Shown here one piece after another: positions 1 through 8,272 of a stretch of 64,000 bases of DNA (the stretch's first letter is position 1; each line of letters opens with the position of its first letter). Below the pieces are notes generated by a model. It searched no databases and was not told the origin of the DNA. It saw only the letters and a list, made by a program, of their open reading frames with translations. A program made the position numbers and the translations under genes. This DNA is from a virus (lineage: Duplodnaviria > Caudoviricetes), in the IMG/VR virus record IMGVR_UViG_3300044723_007969. The stretch is one strand, 5' to 3'.

Positions 1-276
1 GATTACATCCACAGAGAGATAAGAAATCATTACAAAGAGTTCATCAATCCAGAAGGCGGCGTGAATATGTATGCCGTGGGCGACGAGTTCGCTTTTGACT
101 TCGTACCTGAGGACAGGGAGACACCTGTTTTCATACACGAGGACGAGGACCAGGATGAGGAAGAGGAAGACAAGGGCATCTGGTCAGAGTTCGCGGAAGA
201 TGAGATGATGAACAATATACCAGAAGAGGTGGACACCATGCTGGACCTGGAGAACGACGCGAAGGAGGGCAGATAG
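1..276 (+). CDS. acidic hypothetical early protein, 5'-truncated by window edge
   Basis: Frame 1 is open from base 1 to TAG at 274-276; D/E-rich product. Confidence 0.7.
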   Translation, partial: DYIHREIRNHYKEFINPEGGVNMYAVGDEFAFDFVPEDRETPVFIHEDEDQDEEEEDKGIWSEFAEDEMMNNIPEEVDTMLDLENDAKEGR

Positions 277-277
277 C

Positions 278-562
278 ATGACGAGAAACAATTGGATCGC
301 GAAACAGATATTCGCGGATGTGAAGAACAACCTGGGATGGTTGTTCAAGGGGGTGTTGATAGCAGGTGGTTTCATAGGTGGGATCAAGTTATTGACATTC
401 TTCAACCTACCAGAGGAGATAGCCTTTCCGATACTTTGGATCGCGTTCATCCTGGTGATGATCTACAAGTGGTACTCGATGAAGTACGACTGGTCCAAGC
501 AGGACAAGAGCTACGAGAGAGCGTCAAAGAGATACATGAACAAACTAAAGGGAGGAAAATAA
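278..562 (+). CDS. hypothetical two-TM membrane protein
   Basis: SD GGAGG upstream; two hydrophobic segments; tightly packed operon. Confidence 0.75.
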   Translation: MTRNNWIAKQIFADVKNNLGWLFKGVLIAGGFIGGIKLLTFFNLPEEIAFPILWIAFILVMIYKWYSMKYDWSKQDKSYERASKRYMNKLKGGK

Positions 563-563
563 T

Positions 564-794
564 ATGACATCAGAATATGATGAGATAAAACAGATACTGA
601 TCAAGCACGATGCCTTGGGCATGGACCTGGATCAGATAGTGGAATACGGTGAGCCGTTGTACGAGGCTCTCTTCGACTACTACATGAACTCGGGCGAGAT
701 GCCATATGGTGTCATGAAGGCCAGAACAGGTGATCCGGATGTATGGATCGCGGACAGATTGTACGAACTGGGCTTAATCAAGGAGGAGGCGTAA
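564..794 (+). CDS. hypothetical phage protein (SGEMPYGVMKARTGDP motif)
   Basis: SD GGAGG upstream; packed between neighbours. Confidence 0.8.
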   Translation: MTSEYDEIKQILIKHDALGMDLDQIVEYGEPLYEALFDYYMNSGEMPYGVMKARTGDPDVWIADRLYELGLIKEEA

Positions 795-795
795 T

Positions 796-996
796 ATGTT
801 GAACCTACAAACGGTAATGAACAGAGTGTTAGAGATTGAATCTCAATTGGACAGTGGCAACGTCGCTGGAGCCAAGGACGATGTTCAGGTGTTGAAAGAA
901 GACCTAGAGAAGTCAGGATGTCAGATAGACGACAGCAAACCTGTCGCAGATGCCCTAGACCATCATCAGATAATGCAGAAAGGAATAGTGAGATAA
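796..996 (+). CDS. hypothetical protein
   Basis: SD GGAGG; TAATG coupling to next ORF. Confidence 0.7.
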   Translation: MLNLQTVMNRVLEIESQLDSGNVAGAKDDVQVLKEDLEKSGCQIDDSKPVADALDHHQIMQKGIVR

Positions 997-1172
997 TGCC
1001 TAAATTCAAAGTCAAGATGAGTTGGTTGGAGACATATGAACAAGTGATCGAAGCACCCACCGAAGCAGAAGCGATAGCAGAAGCACAGGACGGTGGTGAG
1101 TGGGGAGAGGCCAAGTGGGGTGGTGATGAACAGGACATTTGGGCAGAACAGATGGAGGAGACCGTTCAATGA
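996..1172 (+). CDS. small acidic hypothetical protein (MPKFKVKMSW...)
   Basis: ATG 996 overlaps upstream TAA; ATGA coupling downstream. Confidence 0.7.
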   Translation: MPKFKVKMSWLETYEQVIEAPTEAEAIAEAQDGGEWGEAKWGGDEQDIWAEQMEETVQ

Positions 1173-1435
1173 TAGACCCGTTCACTAGGTTCTGCCTGCC
1201 GAGATCACTACAGGTGTGGATCAACGAACACGACGCACCAGAGAGGGAGTCGGCCATCATGAAGGATGTGCCCAACACGCCATTCAACCATTTCATGGCC
1301 AACCAACTGAAGAGGTATGTGAAGATCCGTAGGAAGTACCGAGGATCAAGTTCGGAGACATACCGTAGACCCACAGCCTACTGCCACAAGGCACAGGCGG
1401 ACAGGTTCGCGATCTATGTGAGGGAGGCGTCATGA
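1169..1435 (+). CDS. hypothetical protein
   Basis: ATGA overlap at 1169-1172; SD GGAGGAG. Confidence 0.7.
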   Translation: MIDPFTRFCLPRSLQVWINEHDAPERESAIMKDVPNTPFNHFMANQLKRYVKIRRKYRGSSSETYRRPTAYCHKAQADRFAIYVREAS

Positions 1436-1719
1436 TGAAGGCGATATCAACCAGCGGACTACCACTCAAGATACAGGCGGAGTGGACGGACACGGATTAC
1501 TGGAACCGAAGGAGCAACTACAACGATGACCTAGACATGGTCAATGTGAAGGGTTGGCAGATCAGGATCAACGGCCAGAAGTACCCAAGGGGACACACGG
1601 ATGGCGAGGGCTATCCAGACTGGACCTATAGATACACACCACGAGAGGGCAACACTGAAGAGGGCAAGAGGAAGGCCATAGAGAACGCCCTACAGGATGC
1701 GAGGTTGACGGTTTGGTAA
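1432..1719 (+). CDS. hypothetical protein
   Basis: SD GGAGG; ATGA overlap. Confidence 0.75.
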   Translation: MMKAISTSGLPLKIQAEWTDTDYWNRRSNYNDDLDMVNVKGWQIRINGQKYPRGHTDGEGYPDWTYRYTPREGNTEEGKRKAIENALQDARLTVW

Positions 1720-1732
1720 TGTGTAGTATAAT
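1705..1732 (+). promoter_or_regulatory. sigma70-type early promoter TTGACG-N16-TATAAT
   Basis: TTGACG 1705-1710, TATAAT 1727-1732. Confidence 0.7.
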
Positions 1733-1821
1733 GAATTATGTAGGTGGAGAATATCGGCAGTCTCTTAAATGTTGCGACAGCATAACGGCCTACACTAAAA
1801 CAACGAAGGGAGAAAACTAAT

Positions 1822-1965
1822 ATGAAGACTTACTATTTTTGGGTGACCATAACAGGCAAAGGCCCAATGAAGGTGGCGGAGGATGGCAGAACGGCATCTG
1901 AGGCCAAGCAGATCGTGGAGAGCAGATTTCCAGGTGCAAGGGTCATGTTCGCGGAGGGATTCTGA
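1822..1965 (+). CDS. 47-aa hypothetical protein (MKTYYFWVTITGKGPMKVAEDG...)
   Basis: Not in ORF track; SD GGGAG; TGATG coupling to next gene. Confidence 0.7.
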   Translation: MKTYYFWVTITGKGPMKVAEDGRTASEAKQIVESRFPGARVMFAEGF

Positions 1966-2165
1966 TGAAGAAGACTGTTAAAGCGAGGAAGGGATCCAAG
2001 CACGAATGTTCGGTATGCTACAAGGATTTCAAACATGAAAAGCCATCTACATTGGTGGGAATGTTAGGGATCATACCGGTGCAATTCTGTAAGAAATGCT
2101 TTCCGAGAGTGATGGCACAATCCGAGGAATTGAACCTAAATGACACAAGATTAAGGGTTGTATAG
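1965..2165 (+). CDS. small Zn-ribbon protein (CxxC...CxxC)
   Basis: CSVC and CKKC motifs. Confidence 0.7.
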   Translation: MKKTVKARKGSKHECSVCYKDFKHEKPSTLVGMLGIIPVQFCKKCFPRVMAQSEELNLNDTRLRVV

Positions 2166-2170
2166 GTAGG

Positions 2171-2198
2171 TTGACGCATTGGTAATCCATGTTAAAAT
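2171..2198 (+). promoter_or_regulatory. sigma70-type promoter TTGACG-N16-TAAAAT with extended -10 TG
   Basis: TTGACG 2171-2176, TGT-TAAAAT 2190-2198. Confidence 0.7.
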
Positions 2199-2219
2199 TA
2201 ATATAAAAAGGAGTTGAAT

Positions 2220-2660
2220 ATGTCAGAAGAAATAAAAATAATAGACGGTACTTACAAAAAGGATGATCCACACAAGGACATCGGTAAGCAAAAATTTAGA
2301 GTAAGAAGATCATATACAGCCTATGTTGAATATGATGTGGTCGCCAATAGCAAAGACGAGGCAGAGTCGGCTGTATCAGAGCACGGTGGTATTGAACGGA
2401 TTGAATGGCAAGAAGGATACTACGGTGATGAGCCTGTAGAAGTATATGCCCAAGATCATAACATAGATTACAGTTCAGAGAATGGTGACTTCACAAAGAA
2501 GGTGGCAGAATGTGTACCATATGAAGACAGAGACATAGACACAGATCAGCACTTCGAGAACTACGAAGATCCTGAATGGACTGAAGATGAATACAGATGG
2601 AAACAGGAAGAGAAGGCAGACAAGGTTGCGAACTCTAACTTATCGGAGGTACCATTTTAA
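2220..2660 (+). CDS. acidic hypothetical protein
   Basis: SD AAGGAG before ATG 2220. Confidence 0.75.
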   Translation: MSEEIKIIDGTYKKDDPHKDIGKQKFRVRRSYTAYVEYDVVANSKDEAESAVSEHGGIERIEWQEGYYGDEPVEVYAQDHNIDYSSENGDFTKKVAECVPYEDRDIDTDQHFENYEDPEWTEDEYRWKQEEKADKVANSNLSEVPF

Positions 2661-3001
2661 TGACTGGAACTAGATTAACAGATATAATTTTTGATAGACA
2701 CGAAGACTTCTTGTATGAAGATTCGAGGGCGATGAAACTGACTCCTTATGTGATGTCAGAGAGATGCCTACAGGTAGAGATATCAAACATCTACAAGGAT
2801 TACAAGAGTGGTGACTATGACACACTGACCTACCTACTTGAAGGTGGATTCAAAGGCTTCCACAAGATGGACTCTTCGGAACTGATAGAAGAATACAAGG
2901 CCATAGAAGAGCAGTGGTATAACCTGTATGAGTGTTCGGAGTTTGAGTTCACGCCATACGAGGATGACCCTATCCATAACCTGGAAGAGGAGAAGGTATA
3001 A
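2660..3001 (+). CDS. acidic hypothetical protein
   Basis: TAATG coupling; SD GGAGG. Confidence 0.75.
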   Translation: MTGTRLTDIIFDRHEDFLYEDSRAMKLTPYVMSERCLQVEISNIYKDYKSGDYDTLTYLLEGGFKGFHKMDSSELIEEYKAIEEQWYNLYECSEFEFTPYEDDPIHNLEEEKV

Positions 3002-3168
3002 TGGGCACCTTTACATTGGAGACCGGATTGGGAATGTTGATGACAGGATTGGTTGTGATGGCCATAGCAGGGACGATCATGTACCTGACTGTGAACGCCA
3101 TGGAAGACAACAGGATCAAACAAGAACAAGAAAAGAAAGCGAGGGAGAAGATACATGGACTTGACTAA
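3001..3168 (+). CDS. 55-aa single-TM protein (MGTFTLETGLGMLMTGLVV...)
   Basis: Not in ORF track; TAATG coupling at 2999-3003; hydrophobic N-terminal half. Confidence 0.65.
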   Translation: MGTFTLETGLGMLMTGLVVMAIAGTIMYLTVNAMEDNRIKQEQEKKAREKIHGLD

Positions 3169-3388
3169 AGAACCAAACCCGCCATTCGAGGTGGAAATAA
3201 TAGACACGAAGCCTGTGGAAGTGGAGAACCCATTCTCCAAGCAGAAGGTGACCTTACAGCCTACGGCAGTCGCGGTGTATGATTGCATCAAGGGGGCGGA
3301 GATGTTGGAAGACTATGACATGATGCAGAAGGGCATCGACTGGTTCATAGAACACTATCCCGAAGAATACGGGGTATTATTAGACTGA
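3155..3388 (+). CDS. hypothetical phage protein
   Basis: SD GGGAG; TGATG coupling. Confidence 0.75.
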   Translation: MDLTKEPNPPFEVEIIDTKPVEVENPFSKQKVTLQPTAVAVYDCIKGAEMLEDYDMMQKGIDWFIEHYPEEYGVLLD

Positions 3389-3612
3389 TGCTTATATATG
3401 GAAACACACCTAGTGACATCAGGAAGATGATATGGAGACGGAAGTTCAAGTTGCTGACCGTTGCTGTATTGATCTTGATCGCTGTGACCTTGATGGGTTG
3501 CACGGTTGGAAACAAGAAGATCAATCCACCATTACAGGCCCTGGACAAGTTCTGGGACACCCTGGGATCAGGCAAGGATAAAACCAAAAAGGATTCAACG
3601 GATGTTGAGTAG
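3388..3612 (+). CDS. putative lipoprotein
   Basis: Hydrophobic stretch ending in lipobox-like LMGC. Confidence 0.6.
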   Translation: MLIYGNTPSDIRKMIWRRKFKLLTVAVLILIAVTLMGCTVGNKKINPPLQALDKFWDTLGSGKDKTKKDSTDVE

Positions 3613-3622
3613 AAAGGTACAC

Positions 3623-3874
3623 ATGAACAAGATAAAAGAATATTCGATGATCATCGTGATAGCATTGGCATTCATGTTGATCACGGGCATTGCCAAGTCG
3701 GAGGAGAAGACCTACACCCCCCAGGAGACCATAGAGGCGTTCGCTTCTGTCCCAGGCAAGGTGGCCAGTCATATCTCTAACGAGTGGGCAGACGCCAAGG
3801 AGTACCAAAAGAACAGTTGGGCAGACGCCAAGTTGCAGTTCGCCAGACTGAAAGCAAAATTCATCAAGAACTAA
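3623..3874 (+). CDS. secreted/membrane hypothetical protein
   Basis: SD AAAGGT; N-terminal signal-like segment. Confidence 0.7.
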   Translation: MNKIKEYSMIIVIALAFMLITGIAKSEEKTYTPQETIEAFASVPGKVASHISNEWADAKEYQKNSWADAKLQFARLKAKFIKN

Positions 3875-3884
3875 TGATGGATCG

Positions 3885-3926
3885 GATTGGGTGGGGACTT
3901 CAACTCCCTCCACCCAATCTTATTTT
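3885..3926 (+). terminator. intrinsic terminator
   Basis: GATTGGGTGG...CCACCCAATC stem followed by TTATTTT. Confidence 0.65.
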
Positions 3927-3937
3927 ACCAAATGGAG

Positions 3938-3965
3938 TAGACTGGATTTGAAGATGTGTTATAAT
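3938..3965 (+). promoter_or_regulatory. sigma70-type promoter TAGACT-N16-TATAAT (extended -10)
   Basis: TAGACT 3938-3943, TGT-TATAAT 3957-3965. Confidence 0.65.
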
Positions 3966-4000
3966 ACAATATATCATTTAATTTACAAGGGAGGAAACAA

Positions 4001-5059
4001 ATGATCAAAAAATATATAAAAGTAGACAAGGGGTCTTATCGTAATCAAGACATGAGCGGTAGGATATTCCCGATCCTCAAAGATTACCAAAGGTTCGAAG
4101 GCAAGGAAGGTGGATTCATCACCGTGGATTGCTCAGAGCTGGATGGCTTTGAGGGACTGAACAAGGCTCGTATAAATGTGCCTGCCATAACGGATCTGAC
4201 ACTGACCACTGAAGGTGCATTTCAGATCAGCAGGGACGAGTTAGAAAACGAGACAGAAACGGTCACAGCCACAGAAGGTGCGGAGACGGATGAGCAGGCG
4301 ATAGAGCGGATCGCGGCCAGATTCTCTATACTGGATGAGATGGCAGAAGCGGTATCCACATCCAAGGTCAGAGCGATGATAGTGTCAGGACCTCCGGGCA
4401 TAGGTAAATCTTACGGTGTTGAACGGGCACTGGAGAAGCGATCCATGTTCGATGACATAGCAGGCTCGCAACGGAAGTTCGAAGTTGTCAAGGGTGCCAT
4501 GAGTGCCATAGGCCTATACAAGAAGCTCTACGAACACAGTACGAAGGGTCATGTGGTCTGCTTCGATGACTGTGATGCCATACTGTATGATGACTTGGCT
4601 TTGAATCTATTGAAGGCCGCATTGGACACGGGCAAGAAGAGAACCCTGTGTTGGAACACAGAATCTAGAACGCTGATGGCGGAGGGTATGCCCAATTCAT
4701 TCGAGTTCAATGGTGGGGTGGTGTTCATAACGAACATCAAGTTCGACAATGTGAAATCCAAGAAACTACAGGACCATCTACAGGCCCTACAGAGCAGATG
4801 CCATTATTTGGATTTGACCATCGATTCAATGCGAGATCGTATGCTTCGTATCAGACAGATATGTGGACAGGGAATGTTGGAGAAGTACCAGATGCCCCAT
4901 GCGACACAGGAAGAGCTGATCCAATTCATATTCGATAACAAGCACAAGTTGAGAGAGATCAGTCTGAGAATGGTGCTGAAGATAGCAGACCTCTGGAAGA
5001 TGAAGCCCGAGGGCTACCAGGATCTCGCCAGAAGCACCTGTATGAGGCCTGGAGCCTAG
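4001..5059 (+). CDS. AAA+ family ATPase
   Basis: Walker A GPPGIGKS, Walker B VVCFDDCD, sensor-1 FITN, Arg-finger ALQSR. Confidence 0.9.
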   Translation: MIKKYIKVDKGSYRNQDMSGRIFPILKDYQRFEGKEGGFITVDCSELDGFEGLNKARINVPAITDLTLTTEGAFQISRDELENETETVTATEGAETDEQAIERIAARFSILDEMAEAVSTSKVRAMIVSGPPGIGKSYGVERALEKRSMFDDIAGSQRKFEVVKGAMSAIGLYKKLYEHSTKGHVVCFDDCDAILYDDLALNLLKAALDTGKKRTLCWNTESRTLMAEGMPNSFEFNGGVVFITNIKFDNVKSKKLQDHLQALQSRCHYLDLTIDSMRDRMLRIRQICGQGMLEKYQMPHATQEELIQFIFDNKHKLREISLRMVLKIADLWKMKPEGYQDLARSTCMRPGA

Positions 5060-5060
5060 T

Positions 5061-5183
5061 ATGTGGATGTTCTTACAATACATCCGGGACATTTGGGCGG
5101 ATGCAATCCCATGGATATATGCAGTGATAATAGTCACCGTGACGGTGTTGATACTGTCGACCGCCATAGGGATCCAACCATGA
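5061..5183 (+). CDS. 40-aa single-TM peptide (MWMFLQYIRDIWADAIPWIYAVIIV...)
   Basis: Read manually; follows ATPase stop; ATGA coupling to next ORF. Confidence 0.55.
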   Translation: MWMFLQYIRDIWADAIPWIYAVIIVTVTVLILSTAIGIQP

Positions 5184-5272
5184 ACAGACAGCAATGGATA
5201 GCCAGTCTGATCATAATAGCACTGAGCCTGATAGGCAACCTTGGAGGGATATTATGGGCCTTGAGCTGGTAG
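5180..5272 (+). CDS. 30-aa single-TM peptide (MNRQQWIASLIIIALSL...)
   Basis: ATGA overlap; hydrophobic. Confidence 0.55.
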   Translation: MNRQQWIASLIIIALSLIGNLGGILWALSW

Positions 5273-5334
5273 TATTCGCCACCGTGTTCACCCTGATCGT
5301 GTTGCTGACGGGAGGACCTGGCAACACACTCTAA
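5254..5334 (+). CDS. 26-aa single-TM peptide (MGLELVVFATVFTLIVLL...)
   Basis: SD GGAGG before ATG 5254; hydrophobic. Confidence 0.5.
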   Translation: MGLELVVFATVFTLIVLLTGGPGNTL

Positions 5335-5365
5335 AAGAATTCTTTGGACCTCCCTCTGAAGAATG

Positions 5366-5402
5366 GCCCCCGTTAGATGTAATAGTTTATTGGGGGTTTT
5401 TT
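5366..5402 (+). terminator. intrinsic terminator between convergent genes
   Basis: GCCCCC...GGGGGT stem followed by T run. Confidence 0.6.
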
Positions 5403-5407
5403 CTTGA

Positions 5408-5668
5408 CTAGTCTATCAATGCCCAAGCGGCCTGATAGGCAGTCTCACACTTTTCTTTGTCACCTGTGGCCCAATAGTTGGAACCTTCGTCCCTCTTCAC
5501 TATGGCGGCGGCCCGGTCCTCATCTGATGCTGAAGTGGTCTTCACCAGGTGATTGTAGTGTTTGATGTCGTCCAAGCACTTGCCATCATCGGCCACATCG
5601 TTCGCACTCGCGGGAGTGGAACAGGCAACCAACAGGCCAAATGCCATGATTGATAATAGTCGTTTCAT
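5408..5668 (-). CDS. putative lipoprotein
   Basis: Signal peptide with LLVAC lipobox; TAAATA box and AAGGA SD upstream. Confidence 0.75.
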   Translation of the reverse strand: MKRLLSIMAFGLLVACSTPASANDVADDGKCLDDIKHYNHLVKTTSASDEDRAAAIVKRDEGSNYWATGDKEKCETAYQAAWALID

Positions 5669-5716
5669 GGTGGATATCCTTTGTTATATGGCAGTATTTA
5701 TGGGCATTTTCCGAGG

Positions 5717-5744
5717 TTGACGGTATTACCAGATATGCTATTAT
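5717..5744 (+). promoter_or_regulatory. sigma70-type promoter TTGACG-N16-TATTAT
   Basis: TTGACG 5717-5722, TGC-TATTAT 5736-5744. Confidence 0.65.
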
Positions 5745-5778
5745 ATTGAATAACTTAACAAAAGGGAGAACGAACAAA

Positions 5779-6075
5779 ATGAAGAAAATCATATTAACAA
5801 TAGCAATATTGGCAGGATTGAGTACATCTGCACAGGCCATGACAAAGACACAGGCCTGTCAAATGGTAGAGCTGATGGGTGTGGAGGTCATGAAGTTCAA
5901 ACAAGTGGGTGGCACCCTGGATCAAGCGATTGCGATCATGGAACCAAATCTAGTGGGATTGACGGTGTCACATCAAACATATTTGGCTGGCGTGATAGCG
6001 GTTGCCTTTGAAAGCAATATGTCACCCGACTCATATGGCAGAGCGGTATATTCAAACTGCCTGACACACTTGTAG
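5779..6075 (+). CDS. secreted hypothetical protein
   Basis: SD GGGAG; signal peptide MKKIILTIAILAGLSTSAQA. Confidence 0.75.
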   Translation: MKKIILTIAILAGLSTSAQAMTKTQACQMVELMGVEVMKFKQVGGTLDQAIAIMEPNLVGLTVSHQTYLAGVIAVAFESNMSPDSYGRAVYSNCLTHL

Positions 6076-6085
6076 GAGGATCACG

Positions 6086-6265
6086 ATGGGACATTTCTTA
6101 TTCATCCTACTACACATCATCGCGATCGTTTTCACGGGCTTCATATTCTTGATGGCAACGATCCCTTTGCACCTGATCTATTCGGCTGTGAAGGGGAACC
6201 GACCCCAGGCAGTCACGGTCAAGAAGAAAGCAAGACCAAAGGGTTTTGAGTTGGGCAGACTGTAA
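6086..6265 (+). CDS. 59-aa membrane protein
   Basis: Not in track; SD GGAGGA; hydrophobic N-terminal half and basic tail. Confidence 0.65.
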   Translation: MGHFLFILLHIIAIVFTGFIFLMATIPLHLIYSAVKGNRPQAVTVKKKARPKGFELGRL

Positions 6266-6301
6266 TCGAATTCTCCCACTAGACACTAATCAACACCACG
6301 G

Positions 6302-6331
6302 GGGCGGTACTAATCATATCGCCCTTTTTTT
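6302..6331 (+). terminator. intrinsic terminator ending the early + strand block
   Basis: GGGCGGT...ATCGCCC stem followed by T run. Confidence 0.7.
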
Positions 6332-6590
6332 GTGACCACTCGATCTGGTAATTGGTAAGGGTCAGAGTCGGCCCGCGCCTGGAAGGCGATGCGTCCGCAA
6401 AAATTTTCACGAGATGTTCGTGCTTGGTAATCCGGGCTTATGCCAACTAATCTTCTGCGAAGATTTGCGTAGCAGAATTTTTGACACCTAGCCCTACCCT
6501 ATACTAATTGTTCTATTGATCGCGGCTTACCCTAGATAGAGTTCTTATTGTACTCCTATTGATATGCTCTTATGGACGGCGCTTATACGA

Positions 6591-6785
6591 TTAAAAGAAT
6601 AATGAGTATAGGCCATATAGGGCTAATAGTATGACACCTATCCGGATGGCCGTACAGCCAGGACACTGACGCATCTGATCCATATGGTTCAGGAAGTGTA
6701 GACGGAATGTGGAATGGTCGTGCTTGTACTTGGCCACGTCGTGACCCAGATCGTTGAGCCGGGATTGTTCTCTTTCTGTGGGCAT
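6591..6785 (-). CDS. small protein with CxxC and C-terminal TM
   Basis: TAAATA box 5 nt before ATG 6785. Confidence 0.6.
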   Translation of the reverse strand: MPTEREQSRLNDLGHDVAKYKHDHSTFRLHFLNHMDQMRQCPGCTAIRIGVILLALYGLYSLFF

Positions 6786-7015
6786 ACGACTATTTAGATG
6801 TGGGCGGAACAGTAGGGTCTTAATGTGGTTTATGGGCATGGAGCATTTTCGCTATGCCTGCCATCCTTAGGATTTTTCGTTACCAAACTGACGCTTCGCT
6901 GTCGCTTATTGGGTCAAGCCTGTCGTATGGCCAGATCGTGGGGTGAGGGCACCATGGCCAGGATGGGGACACGAGCAGTCTGCCGCATTCGATCCTGCAG
7001 TCGGTCGGGGTGGCT

Positions 7016-7102
7016 TTACTTCTTTCGGAGGGTGTTCCTGAGGTATCGGGCCGAGCCAAGTAGGCCCACTATCACCACGAGGAATATCACTGTTGCGATC
7101 AT
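7016..7102 (-). CDS. 28-aa TM peptide (MIATVIFLVVIVGLLGSARYLRNTLRKK)
   Basis: TAAATA box (7111-7116, minus strand) upstream; TM plus basic tail. Confidence 0.5.
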   Translation of the reverse strand: MIATVIFLVVIVGLLGSARYLRNTLRKK

Positions 7103-7418
7103 TGTGTGTGTATTTAACTCCGCGGCTGGTAACACATGGTAATGTCTGCAGGCCCGCGGCATTCTGTACGCCGTTCTGGTTCTACCAATCCCTACCGGAT
7201 CTCACGCATGGGTGGCGTAATCCATTGGTGGTTTTGGTTTGGTGCCTGTGGCGATTACCATCGCTTACCACTCCGCACATGCCCAACCCTTGGTGGATTA
7301 GGTTTGGTCTACCATTCATTACCATGCCCCGGATCTGGGTCGGAACCTACCGTACAACTCCTTTACCAAACTCGACCTCCGCGACCAAGGGGACAGGGCA
7401 TTGATTTAAATAGTAGAT

Positions 7419-7541
7419 ATGAACAAGCCAGATGATTGGGACACTATATCCTTGTGGACACTGAGGGCAGTGGTGGCCATGGCAGTCGTAGTGATGTGGC
7501 TGGTGGTCACGGGCAGGATAGATCGTTGGCTGGGGTTATAA
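7419..7541 (+). CDS. 40-aa TM peptide (MNKPDDWDTISLWTLRAVVAMAVVV...)
   Basis: TAAATA 7407-7412, 6 nt before ATG. Confidence 0.55.
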   Translation: MNKPDDWDTISLWTLRAVVAMAVVVMWLVVTGRIDRWLGL

Positions 7542-7766
7542 CAGCATAGAATGGTCACACACCATCAGAAGTGGCACACACCATCAGGGTCGGTGTCGAA
7601 AAGATTTTCTGAAAAAGTTTTTCTTCGGTCGCATAGCCGTTAGTGAGCATGGTGGTAAAACTGGTAGGGCAATGATAAAATACCCCCTATATAAAAAAAA
7701 TAACAGCAGAAATTTTACCCTCGTATACCCAGGTCGACAGATCGTGTAACTGTGCTATAATGGCGT

Positions 7767-8084
7767 ATGTCACCTTTGAAGTGGATCCTGCTGGTAGCAT
7801 TCATTGTGAGTGCGTACTGGTTATGGGCCTTGTATCTGATCATAGCCATTATAGTGCTGGGTGCGTATTTCGACACAGGCAAGGGTGGCAGATCTAGACG
7901 CACGACGCACAAGCCATACAGGCCTTACCGATTCAAACGACCCAAACGCACAGTGTACAAAGCACCCAGATACAAGAGATCACGACCCGCCAACAAAGGC
8001 AGGCTCTTGAAGTCAGGTACGAGACAGCACTATCGTCATGGGCGTTGGTGGCCACCCGCACGGAAGGACAACACGCCTGACTAG
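7767..8084 (+). CDS. membrane protein with Arg/Lys-rich tail
   Basis: TCGACA-N16-TATAAT promoter 7734-7761 directly before ATG. Confidence 0.65.
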   Translation: MSPLKWILLVAFIVSAYWLWALYLIIAIIVLGAYFDTGKGGRSRRTTHKPYRPYRFKRPKRTVYKAPRYKRSRPANKGRLLKSGTRQHYRHGRWWPPARKDNTPD

Positions 8085-8094
8085 TAAATACGCC

Positions 8095-8268
8095 ATGCAG
8101 TACTACTACGTCATGTGTCAAAGGGACTCCCTGACGCATCGTGCGTATGTGCAGTTGGACCCAGAATCTGCTGACACACTGCATGATCACCTGGAATCAA
8201 CAGCAGACATCTGCCAGGTGTGTCCCGTGGCAAAAGCAGACATAGATCCAGATCTACTCATTAAATAA
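8095..8268 (+). CDS. small hypothetical protein
   Basis: TAAATA 8085-8090 before ATG 8095. Confidence 0.55.
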   Translation: MQYYYVMCQRDSLTHRAYVQLDPESADTLHDHLESTADICQVCPVAKADIDPDLLIK

Positions 8269-8272
8269 CTGT

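Larger units (their letters stand above)
6346..7658. repeat. cluster of 11 dispersed TGGTAA/TTACCA hexamers in a gene-poor interval
   Basis: Copies at 6346, 6353, 6425, 6880, 7127, 7137, 7255, 7265, 7319, 7363, 7653. Confidence 0.75.

Noticed and set aside
3785-3832. 15-nt direct repeat TGGGCAGACGCCAAG x2
   Set aside because: Explained by an internal WADAK peptide repeat in ORF 3623-3874
6825-7435. ORF-track calls 6825-7142, 7093-7404 and 7136-7435
   Set aside because: No SD or promoter box, atypical composition; they overlap the motif cluster and a better-supported 28-aa minus-strand ORF
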